From Rebecca billardiae RCC1528 (taxonomy: Eukaryota; Protista; Haptophyta), in NCBI GenBank assembly GCA_965240325.2, contig OZ251246.1:434001-498000 (forward strand): 64,000 nt of DNA. The letters run 5' to 3'. The position numbers and the translations under genes were made by a program. Below, piece by piece: positions 48,367 to 59,600 of the stretch (position 1 is its first letter; each line of letters starts with the position of its first letter). The notes beneath the pieces are model-generated. The model saw only the letters and a list, made by a program, of their open reading frames with translations. It did not search any database and was not told the origin of the DNA.

Positions 48367-51305
48367 ATGGTCGCCGCGTCTCGCGCCGAGCGGCGGCACA
48401 CGGCCTCACACCTGCTCGCCGCGGCACTCGTGGTGGAGTCGGTGGGCGGGCTCTTCTACGCATTCTCGCTCTACTCCGAGACGCTCAAGCGCGTCTACGG
48501 CATCAGCCAGGGCGTGCTGCAGGCGATCGGCAGCGCGGCCAACGTCGGCGGCAACGTCGGCATCCATGCCGGCATGTTCTACGACCGCTACGGCCCGCGC
48601 GCGACGCTCGGGCTGGCGATATCGCTCGGCGTGGTGGGCTGGGGCGGCCTGTGGCTCGCCCTCGCCGCGCGCTGGGCCGTGCCCGCCGCCTTCCTCATCG
48701 CGATGGGCGTCCTCCAAGGCCACGCGCAGATGGTGAGCGACTGTAGCGTCGTGCCGACGATCGCTCGGCGCTTCTCGGTGGAGCACTACGCGATGGCGCT
48801 CGGCGTGACCAAGGCGTTCGTCGGGCTCAGCGCCTCGCTCGCCTCGCAGGCGTACACCGGCTTCTTCGCGCCGCCCGCCACGCCGCCGCCGAGCGAGGAC
48901 GAGGTGGACGCAAGTACGATCCGGTTCCTCGGTTTCGTCACCCTGTGGTTCGGCGGCTCGTGCGTGGTGGGGCTGGTGGCGTTCGGCCCGCCGCCGGCGC
49001 GCGACGCGGCGGCGGAGGCGGACGAGCGGCTCCTCGCCACCTCGCCGCTCGCCGCCTCCGAGCGCGCGCGCGCCGACCGCTGGCTGACTGGGGGTTACGG
49101 AATTGTAATTGGCATCGTCTGCGCGCTCGTGGCGGGCTCGCTCGTGGGCGAGTCGAGCGCGCACGGCGGGCCAGGGCACGGCGTGCGCGGCGCGCTCGAG
49201 TCCGAGCGCTCGATCGCGCTGTTCGTGCTCTTCCTCTGCGCCGTGCTGCTCACGCACATCGCGCGCGGGCCAAGCGCGTGCCCGCCGCCGGCCGGGCATC
49301 GGGCGGCGGCGGTGGCGGCGGCGACGGCGGTGGCGGCGGAGGCGGCGGCGGCGGCGGAGGCCGCTGAGTCGACGGGCGCGCGCGCCGACGGCCTGCAGCC
49401 GCTCAACGCCGCGGCCATCGCCGCGCGCCACGGCGCAGCCGCCGTGAGCCACCACGACACCGCCGACATGGCGGCTGCATCGGCCGAAATTGCCTCGGCG
49501 CCCGCCGCGGCCGCAGCAGACCTGCTGGGCGGACGCCGCGAGGGGTTGCTATTTAATCTCTCCCTGACGTCCCTCTCCCGGCTCACTGAGGGGACGGACG
49601 AGAACGCGAGCACCACCGCGGGCACGCCGATGCGCTCGGCCGCGAACCTTGGCGCGTACGACGACGCCGACGCACCGGGCGGCGGCACCCCGTTCTCGGC
49701 GGTGCCACCCAGCTCAACACCTGAGCCCGGCACGCCAGCCGCCGGCCGCAGCTCTGAGGCTGGGACGCCGGCGAGCCCGGCGTCGCGAGGCCCTCCTGGC
49801 AGCGGCGGGCGCAGCTCGTACGTCGAGGCACCACGCAGCGCCCGGCGCCCCGCCGATGGCACCGCCGCCGCCGCAGCCGCCGCAGCCGCAGCCGCAGCCG
49901 CCGCAGCCGCCGTCCCGCCCTCGCCGCCGCCTGTCCCGGCATCAGCCTCGAGCGCGCTGCTGCTGCGCGCTGGTGGTGCCGAGAGTGCGCACGGCGGCGA
50001 CGACGACGGCGACGCCGCCGCGCCCGCGAGCAGCGTGACCTACGGCCAGGCGCTGTGCATGCTCGACTTCTGGCTTCAGTTCATCGTCCACTTCAGCATC
50101 TCTGGGTCGGCCTTCACCCTCATCAACAATCTCGCGCAGGTGAGATTGCGCGAGATCGCTCCGTGCTTGCGCGCGAGATGGGATCTTGAGATTGCGCGAG
50201 ATCGCGCCGTGCTCGCGCGCGAGATGGGATCTTGAGATTGCGTGAGATCGCGCCGTGCTTGCGCGCGAGATGGGATCGGTGGTGCCGCCAGCGCGGCCGT
50301 GCGGCGCGCGTGCCGGCGTGCGCCGCGCGCCGCGGCCAGCCCCGCACCCGCGCCCACCCTGCACGCCGCCGCTCACCGCCGCGCCGCCACCCGTGCCGCC
50401 CCCCATGCGGCATGCACTTTCAGATCGTGCGCGCGCTCGAGCCCGCGCACGAGGCTGCGGCGGGCGCGGCGCGGCTCGTCTCGCTCCTGTCCGCGTCCAA
50501 CTGCCTGGGCCGGCTCGGCGGCGCGGCGCTCTCCGAGGCGTGCGCGCGGTGGCGGGTCGCGCGCACCGCGCCGCTCGTGCTGGCGTGTGTCCTGATGGGC
50601 TGCTCGATGGCGTGTGTCGGCGCTGGGCGGCGCGCGCTGCTGCTCCCGGCGTGCGCGGTCGGAGGGCTCGCCTTTGGCGCGCTCAACTGCCTCAACCCCG
50701 TGGTGATCCACGCCGTGTACGGGCCGAAGGCGTTCGGCGCAATCTACACGTCGATCGTGATCGCGGGCGCTCTCTCGTCCGTCTCGCTTTCCTCCGGGCT
50801 GGCGGTGTGGGTGTACAACACCCACGCTGTGCTCTCAGATGAGCCTCGTCGCCCCAGCTCGCGCCTCCGCGCCGCCGACGCGCCGCCGCCGCGCGTGTGC
50901 ATCGGCCCGGAGTGCTTCAGGATGTCTGCACTGTGCTGCATGGGCCTGTGCGCGATCGGCGCGGCAGCGGCGGCGCTCCTCACGTGGCGCGTGCAGCGGC
51001 CCCGCCGCCGGCCGCCGCCGCGCAAGCTAAGTCACGACGGTTCCGAGGGCGGCGCCGAGGCGCGCGACGCCGGCCGGAACGGCGGGCCCCGTGCCAACGG
51101 CCAGCTCGCATCACTCGAGGCGGGCGAGGGCCCTGCGCCGCCCTCCGCGCCTCTGGGCGCTGTCCTGGCCGCGGGCAGCGCCGGCGCTGCGCTGGATCTG
51201 GGGGCCCCTGCGACGGCAGCCGCTGCCCCGGCTGCGCGCGGCGGCGCCGGTGGTGGTGACTCGCGGCAGCGGCGGGCAGGGGCCGACGGTTCCGCCCTGC
51301 TGTGA
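48367..51305 (+). CDS. Nodulin-like (NFD4/MCH1-type) MFS transporter; intron 50140-50423
   Basis: YAFSLYSETLK...GSAANVGGNVGIHAGMFYDRYGP, GVTKAFVGLSAS, QALCMLDFWL...INNLAQ|IVRAL, SASNCLGRL and CIGPECF. Confidence 0.85.
50141..50277 (+). repeat. 3x 46-bp minisatellite at the 5' end of the MFS intron
   Basis: Unit TGAGATTGCGCGAGATCGCGCCGTGCTTGCGCGCGAGATGGGATCT. Confidence 0.9.
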
Positions 51306-51787
51306 GTGACTCAGAGTCAGACAGCTCGAGCTGTGACGACCGCGAACGTGACTCGCAGAGTCAGCAGCAAGTGTGAGAGTGGCACCGCGTTCTAGCAGCA
51401 GCTGCTGCTAGTCTACGTGGCTACGGTACTCGGTATCAGACTACATCACTGCTACACCGATGACCGAGTCCGAGTCCGAGGGCGAGTAGTTACTCTACCG
51501 CAGCACCGTAGCAGTGGTACCGGTACCGCTGCGCCCCGAGCGGCCCGCCACAGCGGCGGCGGCCCCGCGCGCCGCTCAGCTCCAAAAATCTGGGAGTGAA
51601 GTTCCGGCGCCGGACTCCGCTGGAGTCGGCGACCTGACCAAAGGACCATCAAATTTGATGGTCCTTTGCCCTGACCACCCTTGCCCTGGTAGGCCAGGCG
51701 CGTGTGTCATTGGCGGGCGCGCACCCTTCGGGCGGGCGCGAGTCGCGACCCAGGTTCGTGGTCGCCTTGCCGGCCAAGCTAGCCGGC

Positions 51788-53071
51788 ATGGTCGACCTGA
51801 AAAGCCGCAAGTGCGATCACACAGGCTGCACCACGGGGCCTTCATGCGGCATGCCGGGCGACGCGCGCGCCAGCCGGTGCGCTGCGCACAAGCTGGCTGG
51901 CATGGTCAACGTTACGAACCGCAAGTGCGATCACACGGGCTGCACCAAGGAGCCTTCATTCGGCATGCCGGGTGACGCGCGCGCGAGCCGGTGCGCTGCG
52001 CACAAGCTGGCCGGCATGGTCGACCTGAAAAGCCGCAAGTGCGATCACACAGGCTGCACCACGGGGCCTTCATTCGGCATGCCGGGCGACGCGCGCGCCA
52101 GCCGGTGCGCTGCGCACAAGCTGGCTGGCATGGTCAACGTTACGAACCGCAAGTGCGATCACACGGGCTGCACCACGCGGCCTGCGTTCGGCATGCCGGG
52201 CGACGCGCGCGCCAGCCGTTGCGCTGCGCACAAGCTGGCTGGCATGGTCGACCTGAAGCACCCCAAGTGCGATCACACGGGCTGCACCACGCGGCCTGCG
52301 TTCGGCATGCCGGGCGACGCGCGCGCCAGCCGTTGCGCTGCGCACAAGCTGGCTGGCATGGTCGACCTGAAGCACCCCAAGTGCGATCACACGGGCTGCA
52401 CCACGCGGCCTGCGTTCGGCATGCCGGGCGACGCGCGCGCCAGCCGGTGCGCTGCGCACAAGCTGGCTGGCATGGTCGACCTGAAGCACCCCAAGTGCGA
52501 TCACACGGGCTGCACCACGCGGCCTCACTTCGGCATACCGGGTGACGCGCGTGCCAGCCGGTGCGCTGCGCACAAGCTGGCCGGCATGGTCGACCTGAAG
52601 AGCCCCAAGTGCGATCACACGGGCTGCACCACGCGGCCTTCCTACGGCATGGCGGGTGACGCGCGCGCCAGCCGGTGCGCTGCGCACAAGCTGGCTGGCA
52701 TGGTCGACCTGAAGAGCCCCAAGTGCGATCACACGGGCTGCACCACGCGGCCTGCGTTCGGCATGCCGGGCGACGCGCGCGCCAGCCGTTGCGCTGCGCA
52801 CAAGCTGGCCGGCATGAAGAGCCATCGGAGTTCAGGTCGGCACAAGCGCGGGCTGCAGCAAGACATGAAGAGCCCCAACGAAGTGACGAGCGCCGCCAAG
52901 CGACAGCGGAAGCGCGCCAGCAGCACAGCCACTGCTCCGGACGTTGTGGCAGCGCGGCGGCCGCGATCATCGCAGCTGCCGCAGCTGGTCACAGCCAGCG
53001 TCGTCTCGACGCCGTCGTGTGTACGACCCGTGGTGATGGCCAGGCGTGTGACCGGGGGGAGCCGGGCCTGA
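51788..53071 (+). CDS. EsV-1-7-type cysteine-rich repeat protein (9 x 38 aa) with a basic C-terminal tail
   Basis: 114-bp tandem units at 51788-52813 encode MV.....KCDHTGCT..P..GMPGDARASRCAAHKLAG (C-x4-C...C-x2-H). The tail has KRQRKR. The ORF is open from 51704. Confidence 0.85.
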   Translation: MVDLKSRKCDHTGCTTGPSCGMPGDARASRCAAHKLAGMVNVTNRKCDHTGCTKEPSFGMPGDARASRCAAHKLAGMVDLKSRKCDHTGCTTGPSFGMPGDARASRCAAHKLAGMVNVTNRKCDHTGCTTRPAFGMPGDARASRCAAHKLAGMVDLKHPKCDHTGCTTRPAFGMPGDARASRCAAHKLAGMVDLKHPKCDHTGCTTRPAFGMPGDARASRCAAHKLAGMVDLKHPKCDHTGCTTRPHFGIPGDARASRCAAHKLAGMVDLKSPKCDHTGCTTRPSYGMAGDARASRCAAHKLAGMVDLKSPKCDHTGCTTRPAFGMPGDARASRCAAHKLAGMKSHRSSGRHKRGLQQDMKSPNEVTSAAKRQRKRASSTATAPDVVAARRPRSSQLPQLVTASVVSTPSCVRPVVMARRVTGGSRA

Positions 53072-53134
53072 GCAGCAGCATCGCAGCTGCGTCGTCGTCA
53101 GGACGGCAAGGGCACCCGGCACCGTAAGGCTTAC

Positions 53135-53174
53135 TAGAGGGGTCAGAGCCCCACTGGGGGGTGCGTGGCCCAAA
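53135..53174. mobile_element. Solo 40-bp terminus identical (inverted) to 34604-34643
   Basis: TAGAGGGGTCAGAGCCCCACTGGGGGGTGCGTGGCCCAAA is the exact reverse complement of 34604-34643. Confidence 0.75.
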
Positions 53175-53398
53175 CTGGTTTATAGTACGACTTACCGGTA
53201 CGTCAATATATATATATTATACTGAGAATGATGGAGTCGTCCGTAGCTTATGATATGTACATGCATCATGCATCATATTCATCATTTGCAGGGTCCGCGC
53301 GTCGTCCAAGTGGATGAAACTTCAACATTGGTGGCATTGTCATCGTCCTGGCTCCTGACCAGTAGGCCGAGGCCCCCGAGGCACTGGGCTGCTGCGCG

Positions 53399-53950
53399 TC
53401 ACGCGGACGGCGGTTGGCCCTCGCCGCACGCGAGCTTGTATGCAAGCGTGTCGATGAAGCCGAGGTACTCGACCGCGGAGATGCTCGGGCACCAGATGTC
53501 CGCGAGCTCGAAGATCGAGTCGAACGTGCGCTCCGGGTCCAAGTTCTCCGCACCGCGCGTGTCGTTGGACCAGTCGTCCGCCACGATCTGCTGCACCTGG
53601 CGCTCGCTCACCTTGTCGCCGAGCAAGATGCGCACGATCGCCGTGTGCACGCGGAAGTACTCCTCCTTGGTGATCGACCCCGACGAGTCCGCGCGGTACA
53701 CGCCGTGCCTGAACCGGCGCACTGCGTCGATCAGCCCCGGGTTTGCGCGCAGCTCCTCGCGCTTCTCGATCGCGTCCGGCGTGTACATGGAATCGTCGCG
53801 GTCGAGCCAGTATGGCGTCTTGGCGGGGCGGTTGTTCGCGTCGAACACCGCGCGCACCGACGGAGGGGCCTGCGGCTCGCGCGGCGGCAAGGCGAAGCCG
53901 CCACCCGTTCGTCGCACGACGCCGTCGCCCTTCCCGGACGTGGCCTGCAT
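53399..53950 (-). CDS. Small EF-hand-like protein
   Basis: DSSGSITKEEY loop, followed by DDWSND...FDSIFELADIW...EYLGFIDTL. Confidence 0.6.
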   Translation of the reverse strand: MQATSGKGDGVVRRTGGGFALPPREPQAPPSVRAVFDANNRPAKTPYWLDRDDSMYTPDAIEKREELRANPGLIDAVRRFRHGVYRADSSGSITKEEYFRVHTAIVRILLGDKVSERQVQQIVADDWSNDTRGAENLDPERTFDSIFELADIWCPSISAVEYLGFIDTLAYKLACGEGQPPSA

Positions 53951-54017
53951 GATCCAGACGCCCGTGCTGCTCTTCTCAAACCGCCGAGCGGTTTTGCATT
54001 TCGTCAAGCTTTGGTGC

Positions 54018-55529
54018 ATGAGAACGATGGCCGTCCACGCACGGCGCAACCCGCCCTTCTCGCGGGTTGCCGCCGCCATACTCGCGTGGTCTATGGCGAA
54101 GACGCTCGCCCGGAAGCCGCCGCCCGCCCTCCGCCTTGACGCTGCCGGCTGGGAGGCCGCGGCGCAGGTGTGCGCGCCACCCATCCGGTGTGCCAAGCCC
54201 GGCCCTGGCTGCGAGCAGGAGCTGTGCGCCGAGGCGGGCGGCGCGTGCTCAATGGTGCCGCGCGACCGGTTTGCGGCGGCGGCGGGGCGCATCATGGCGC
54301 ACCGCGGCGCGGCCAAACACGACTACCTCCTCGGCGCGCGCGAGTACGAGCGTGCGCTCTCGGCGCGCGGGCTTTCGGCCTCGGATCGGCGCGTGGTGCT
54401 GGTGTCTGGTTCACAGGTGGGAGGCTTCTGGGCGGTGGTGCTCTCGGTGATGCACGGCGCGCTGGTCTCGCGGCTGTTGGGGATGGACTTTGCGATCTGG
54501 CGCAATCACACGCGCGACGGCATGTGCGAGGCCGAGTCGCACCCCGACTGCTGGGGTGTGTTCTTCGCCCCGCCGCGCGACAGCACGGGTGCAGGCCAGC
54601 AGGTTAGTCGGTCGCTCGCGGCACACGCGCAGCTCCCGCCGGGCAGCGCGCTGGGCTTGGACTGCGAGTCGCGCGTGCTGCTGTGGGAGCTCCACGGCAC
54701 GCACATCTACCCGAAGCACACCCTCGAGGCGCGCGCCGAGCGCGCGCGCCGCGCCGTCCTCGTCCGGCACGTCGCGCAGCCCACGCCCGCGGTCGAGCGT
54801 TTCGTCAACCGGTGGTGGGAGCGGCACGTGCCGCGGGCGGCGGCGGGCGGCGCGGCGCCGCGCGTGCTCGGCGTGCACCTGCGCGGCACGGACAAGAGGC
54901 GCATCCCGCAGATCCGGCCGCACTGCTACTTTGGGCTGATCGACGCCTACATCGCCAACGCGAGCCGGGCGGCGGCCGCGCGCTGGGCAGCCGGCGGCGG
55001 CGGCGGCGCGGGCGCGGGCGGCGGCGGCGCGGGCGCGGGCGGCGGCGGCGCGGGCGCGGGCGGCGGCGGCGCGGACGAGGCGGAGGCCGGGCTCGAAGTG
55101 TACATCATGCTCGCGACGGACGACGCCAAGTTTGAGCGCGAGGTGCTCGATCGGTACGGCGAGCGCCGCGTGCTTCGGCAGAGCAACGACATCCTCCGCA
55201 GCAGCGGGCGGCTTCCTGGAAATCAGATCTGGCGGCAGCCGCACGCGCCGCGGGACCGCCGCTCGTTCGAGGTGCTGGTGGACACGCTGCTGCTGGCGCG
55301 CACGGACTTCCTGCTCAAGTCGGCGTCGGCCGTCTCGGAGTTCGCGCTGTACTACAACCCGCGCCTCCCGTCGCACGACCTGCAGATCCTGAACAGCCCG
55401 ATGCCGGAGTGGGCGCTCACACTGGACGCGCGGCGCACGCTCGAGAGCGCGCCGCGCAAGGGCTGCCCGGGCACGAGCTCCGGCCGTGTGAAGCCGCTGA
55501 GCTGGACACCCAAGGAGAAGCGACGATGA
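54018..55529 (+). CDS. NodZ/GT23-like fucosyltransferase-fold glycosyltransferase
   Basis: GDP-fucose-binding-type motifs LGVHLRGTDK, IMLATDD and LVDTLLLARTDFLLKSASAVSEFA. Start codon uncertain. Confidence 0.75.
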   Translation: MRTMAVHARRNPPFSRVAAAILAWSMAKTLARKPPPALRLDAAGWEAAAQVCAPPIRCAKPGPGCEQELCAEAGGACSMVPRDRFAAAAGRIMAHRGAAKHDYLLGAREYERALSARGLSASDRRVVLVSGSQVGGFWAVVLSVMHGALVSRLLGMDFAIWRNHTRDGMCEAESHPDCWGVFFAPPRDSTGAGQQVSRSLAAHAQLPPGSALGLDCESRVLLWELHGTHIYPKHTLEARAERARRAVLVRHVAQPTPAVERFVNRWWERHVPRAAAGGAAPRVLGVHLRGTDKRRIPQIRPHCYFGLIDAYIANASRAAAARWAAGGGGGAGAGGGGAGAGGGGAGAGGGGADEAEAGLEVYIMLATDDAKFEREVLDRYGERRVLRQSNDILRSSGRLPGNQIWRQPHAPRDRRSFEVLVDTLLLARTDFLLKSASAVSEFALYYNPRLPSHDLQILNSPMPEWALTLDARRTLESAPRKGCPGTSSGRVKPLSWTPKEKRR

Positions 55530-55771
55530 GGTGCTGTAGTCAGTGCTTGCGGTATTGGGTCATCAGTGGGACCGGTGGGCGGTGGCTAACAGACTGGCAG
55601 TGGTCAATGAGGTGAGCTCTCCGTCCGCTGCCGCAACCGCGCCGCCCGTAAAAATGCCGGTTCGACATCGTGAGCCAACGTTCACGCGGCATACAGCCGC
55701 GACTCGTCAGCTGCATCAGCAGCGCGCGCTTTGCCGCGCCTGGACCCTCGAGCGCACCCCCGGCAGCTGAC

Positions 55772-58700
55772 ATGACCAACGCGGCGGAGACGGGCGAGGA
55801 GCCCAAGGGGCGGTGGGCGGCGGTGATCCTCGCCGCCGGCTACGGCTCGCGCCTGCAGAAGGACATCGAGAGCGACGCGTCGAAGCAATTTGACCATCTG
55901 CTCGGCCAGCCCAAGGGGCTGCTCCCTGTCGGCGGCGTGCCGCTGCTGGACCACTGGCTGCGCGCGTTCCGCGCGACGGAGGGCGAGGTCGGGCCGGTGA
56001 TCATCGTGACCAACGAGTTCTTCCACCGCCAGTTCGCCGAGTGGGCCGTCTCCCGCGGCCTCGGTCGCAACGTCGTCGTGAACGACGGCACGACATCGAA
56101 TGAGACTCGGCTGGGCGCTTGCCGCGACCTGCAGCTGGCGATCGAGACGAAGGGCGACCTGATCGGCGACCGCGACGTGCTCGTCGTCGCGGGCGACACC
56201 CTCTTCTTCCAGGACTTCTCGCTCAAGGCCTTCCTCCACGCGCTGCCGCCGCACCGCTCGGGTGTGGTCACTTACGAGATCCAATCTGACGCCGAGGTAC
56301 GGGCGCGCGCGCAGTCCGGGCGGCGGGCGCGCGCCCTGCCGCGCGCCGTGCGCCCGCCGACGGTCACGCGCGCATATGCGCGGGCTGCGGCAGCGCCTCG
56401 GAGGCGCGGCGCTCTGTTCGCATCCGCGCGCTCACGCGCGCGCGCGCGCGCACGCCCCACGCGCCGGCGTCCCTCCGCCCGCTCTCGGCGCCGGCGGCCG
56501 CAGACGCGCAAGCGTGGGATCGTGGAGACGGACTCGACGGGCCGCGTGACGCGGCTGCTGGAGAAGCCCGAGCCGACCGAGACGGCGAGCCGCGCCGCGT
56601 GCCCCGCCTTCTACGCCTACCGCCACCCGTGCAAGACGCTGATCGACCGTTTTATGGCGGTGAAACGGCCGCTCGGCCTGGAGGCTGTGGACGCGCCCGG
56701 TCGGCTGCTCGCGTGGCTGATTGACGAAACGGAGGTGCAGGCGGTGCCCGTGTCGGGCCGGTTCGACATCGGCAACCTCTCGCAGTACCGCGACACGCTC
56801 TCCTTCTACGCCTCCACCCTCGACTCCGATCTCAACACGATCTCGGGCTCAGGCGTGATTACAGCGCGCGCGTACGCGCGCGCCGCGCTCTGTGGCAACC
56901 CCTCCGACGGTTTCGGCGGGAAGACGCTCTCGCTGCTCGTGCGCAACTACCACGCGGAGGTGACGATGCGCCCGTCCGAGCGGCTCGTCTTCGTGCCGCA
57001 CCCCGAGTACGACCGCGACACCGAGTTCGCCAACATGGGCGAGCTGCTGCTGCGCACCGAGCTGAATGGCTACTACGGCGGGCTCCGGCTGCTGCGCGCG
57101 ACCGTCAAAAAATTCGCCGCGCTGTGCGAGGCGGCGCACGTGCCGCTCGAGAAGAACTTCACGATGAGCTACGAGACGCAGATCCCGCGGATGGTGCGCG
57201 CGCGGCCCCGGACCCCTTCGCCCGCGCCCGCGCCCGAGGCCTCTCCCGCCACGTGCCGCTCTGGTGGTCGTCGCGGCGCGCGCGTCCCGAGCGCGCGCGG
57301 CGGAATGCTTTTTTTTCGTTTTCGGTCTGCTCTTTTTTGGGGGGGGTACACCGAGCGCCCGCGGCGGAATGCGCGCGCTCGCGGTGACCGCGCGCCGGCC
57401 CGCTCCGATGGCCCGCCATGGCCCGCCGCCGCGCCGCGCGCGCGCGCCCGCCGCCGGCGTGCGTGCGCACGCAGGTCGGTCTCTCAGGGTCCTCCGCCAT
57501 CATCACCGCCGCGCTGCGCGCGCTGCTTCACTTCTACGGCCCGGCGCCGGCCGAGGGCGGCCCGGCGGCGCTGCTCGCCCGGCTCGGCCTCCGAGACTGC
57601 GACGTGCCGCAGCTGATTCTGGACGTGGAGGCGCAGGAGCTCGGCATCACGGCGGGGCTGCAGGTGCGCGTGCGCGCGGGTGGAGCGGCCGAGCGGCGGG
57701 CGGGCTGCGCGGCAGCGGAGGGCGGGGCAGGTCTGGGCGCGCCGCACGCCGCGGGCCGCGCGCACACCGGCCGAGCGGCCTAGGCCAGATTCGCATCTCC
57801 AGATTCGCATCTCCAGATTCGCATCTCTAGATTCGCATCTGCCGCACAGCCGCCACCAATGCCTCAGCACTACAGTCGCTTCCCCCTGCAGCCGCGCCCC
57901 GCCGGCCGAGTCTGGCCGAGTGGCCTCGGGGCGTGCTGCGCGGCCGCAGCGGCGCTCCACGGCACGCCGGCAGACGGGCACGCGAGCGAGCGTGTGAGCG
58001 GGACATGTGGGATGAGGCAGGGCTGCGCTGGCATGCCACTCACGCGCCACGCTCTCGCGGCCGTGTGCCCCCGCTGCCCTCCGCGCGCCCCCGCTCGGCG
58101 CTGCCCCGCCCGCCGCCCGCTGCGCCACCCTGCCCCGGCCCCGCGCGCCGCCCCCCGCTGCGCCACTGCCTCTGCCCCGCGCGCCGGCTCCTGGCGCCCC
58201 CCGCGGCGCCACAGGACCGGGTGATCCAGTGGTACGGCGGCTGCGTGCACATGGACTTCCGGACTGAGACCGCCCGGACCGACGCGTACACGCCCGTGCC
58301 CATCGAGGCGCTGCCGCCGCTGTACCTCGCGTTCAACACGCGGCTGCTCGGCGATTCCGGCAAAGTCCACTCGCCAGTTAAGGCGCGCTTCGCCGCCGGC
58401 GAGCCGCTCGTGGTTGAGGGCATGCTCAAGCTGGCAGACAACACCGACGCGGCGCTGCGCGCGGTGCTCGCGCGCGACTACGGCACGCTGGCGGATCTGA
58501 TGGATGTGCGCGCGCGTGCGCGCGGCACAGCTCCGCCGCTGCCGCGCGCGTGCGCGTGGCCTGGACCGCGCGCACGCGGCGTCAAAAGTGTCTTTCGGCT
58601 TTTGATTTTCTTTTTTCAAAAGTCTTTCGGCTTGCTCACACGCCGCCGTGCGCCCCGGGCCGCGCTGCCGTGCGCGCGCGCGCCCGCAGGCCAACTTTGC

Positions 58701-59067
58701 GCTGCGCCGCTCGATCTATGGCGACGCGGCGGTGGGCGAGCGCAACATCGAGATGGTGGACACCGCGCGCGCCCTCGGGCTCGCCGCCAAGTTCACCGGC
58801 TCCGGCGGCGCATGCATCTGCCTCAAGCGACCCACGGCCGACGCCGCGGCTGAGGGCGCGGCGAACGGCGGCGTGCGCGTGGCTGTCGAGAGCCCGCTGC
58901 TGCTCAGCGAGGCGGAGGAGGAGGCCGCCCGGAAGGTCTTCAACGAGAAGGGCTTCACCTTCATCCGGATCCGCTTCGACGACGACCACTCGGGCGGCGG
59001 GCGCTCGCCCCTGCCGCCGTCGCCCTCGTCGGGCGCGCTGCGCGGCGCTGTGCTTCAGATCGACTAG
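55772..59067 (+). CDS. gkup: Bifunctional nucleotidyltransferase-glucuronokinase; introns 56297-56503, 57194-57474, 57664-58214 and 58506-58689
   Basis: N-terminal [10 protein letters not shown]...PKGLLPVGG (NTP transferase). GHMP kinase motifs [21 protein letters not shown]|[13 protein letters not shown]|DRVIQWYGG and KFTGSGGA. Confidence 0.85.
57785..57840 (+). repeat. 4x 14-bp CCAGATTCGCATCT repeat within an intron
   Basis: Directly visible; each unit contains AGAT-N4-ATCT. Confidence 0.9.
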
Positions 59068-59600
59068 GCGGCTGCATCGTCGCGGCCGATTGCAGCCGTG
59101 CGCCGGGCCGCACGATCGGCGCCAGGCGGTGGTACTTGCTCGGGCGGCTGCCTGTGTGCGCCAATCGGGCCCGGCGGACGCGCCGAGCCGCTGAGTCACG
59201 GTGACGGAATTGCCAGCTGAGCCCCCGGGCGGCGGCGCGCGCGGCCGCCTGCCGCCTCTGCGCAGTGTACAGACTCTAGGCCCGAGATGAGTGACGCGTG
59301 GCCGCACGTGCCACGTGTCAGGCAGGCCGTCTCCGGGTGCTCGCCGTCCTTGCACGGCGTCCTGCCCAGCAGTGTGGACTCAGCATGCCTCCTTGCACGA
59401 CGCCACACCTGCCCTGGGCCTTGCGGCAGCCATTCGTCTGCATCGACCCGCCTGTGCCTCCGCGAGTCCGCGTGCGCGGGTCGATCGCAGTCGGCGGCGT
59501 TCATTGCCGGCGACGAAGCCGACGACGACGGCCAGGGCCCAAAGCGCGGGAATCGTCTCGAAATCCGCTGATTCCAGACGGCCCGGCCACGTCAGTCAGC

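Noticed and set aside
51788-52813. CRISPR-like array
   Set aside because: The units are in-frame 114-bp coding repeats without unique spacers; there are no cas genes and the context is eukaryotic.
53250-54017. N-terminal extension of the 759-aa plus-strand ORF
   Set aside because: It is the antisense of the EF-hand-like gene; the glycosyltransferase most likely starts at or after 54018.
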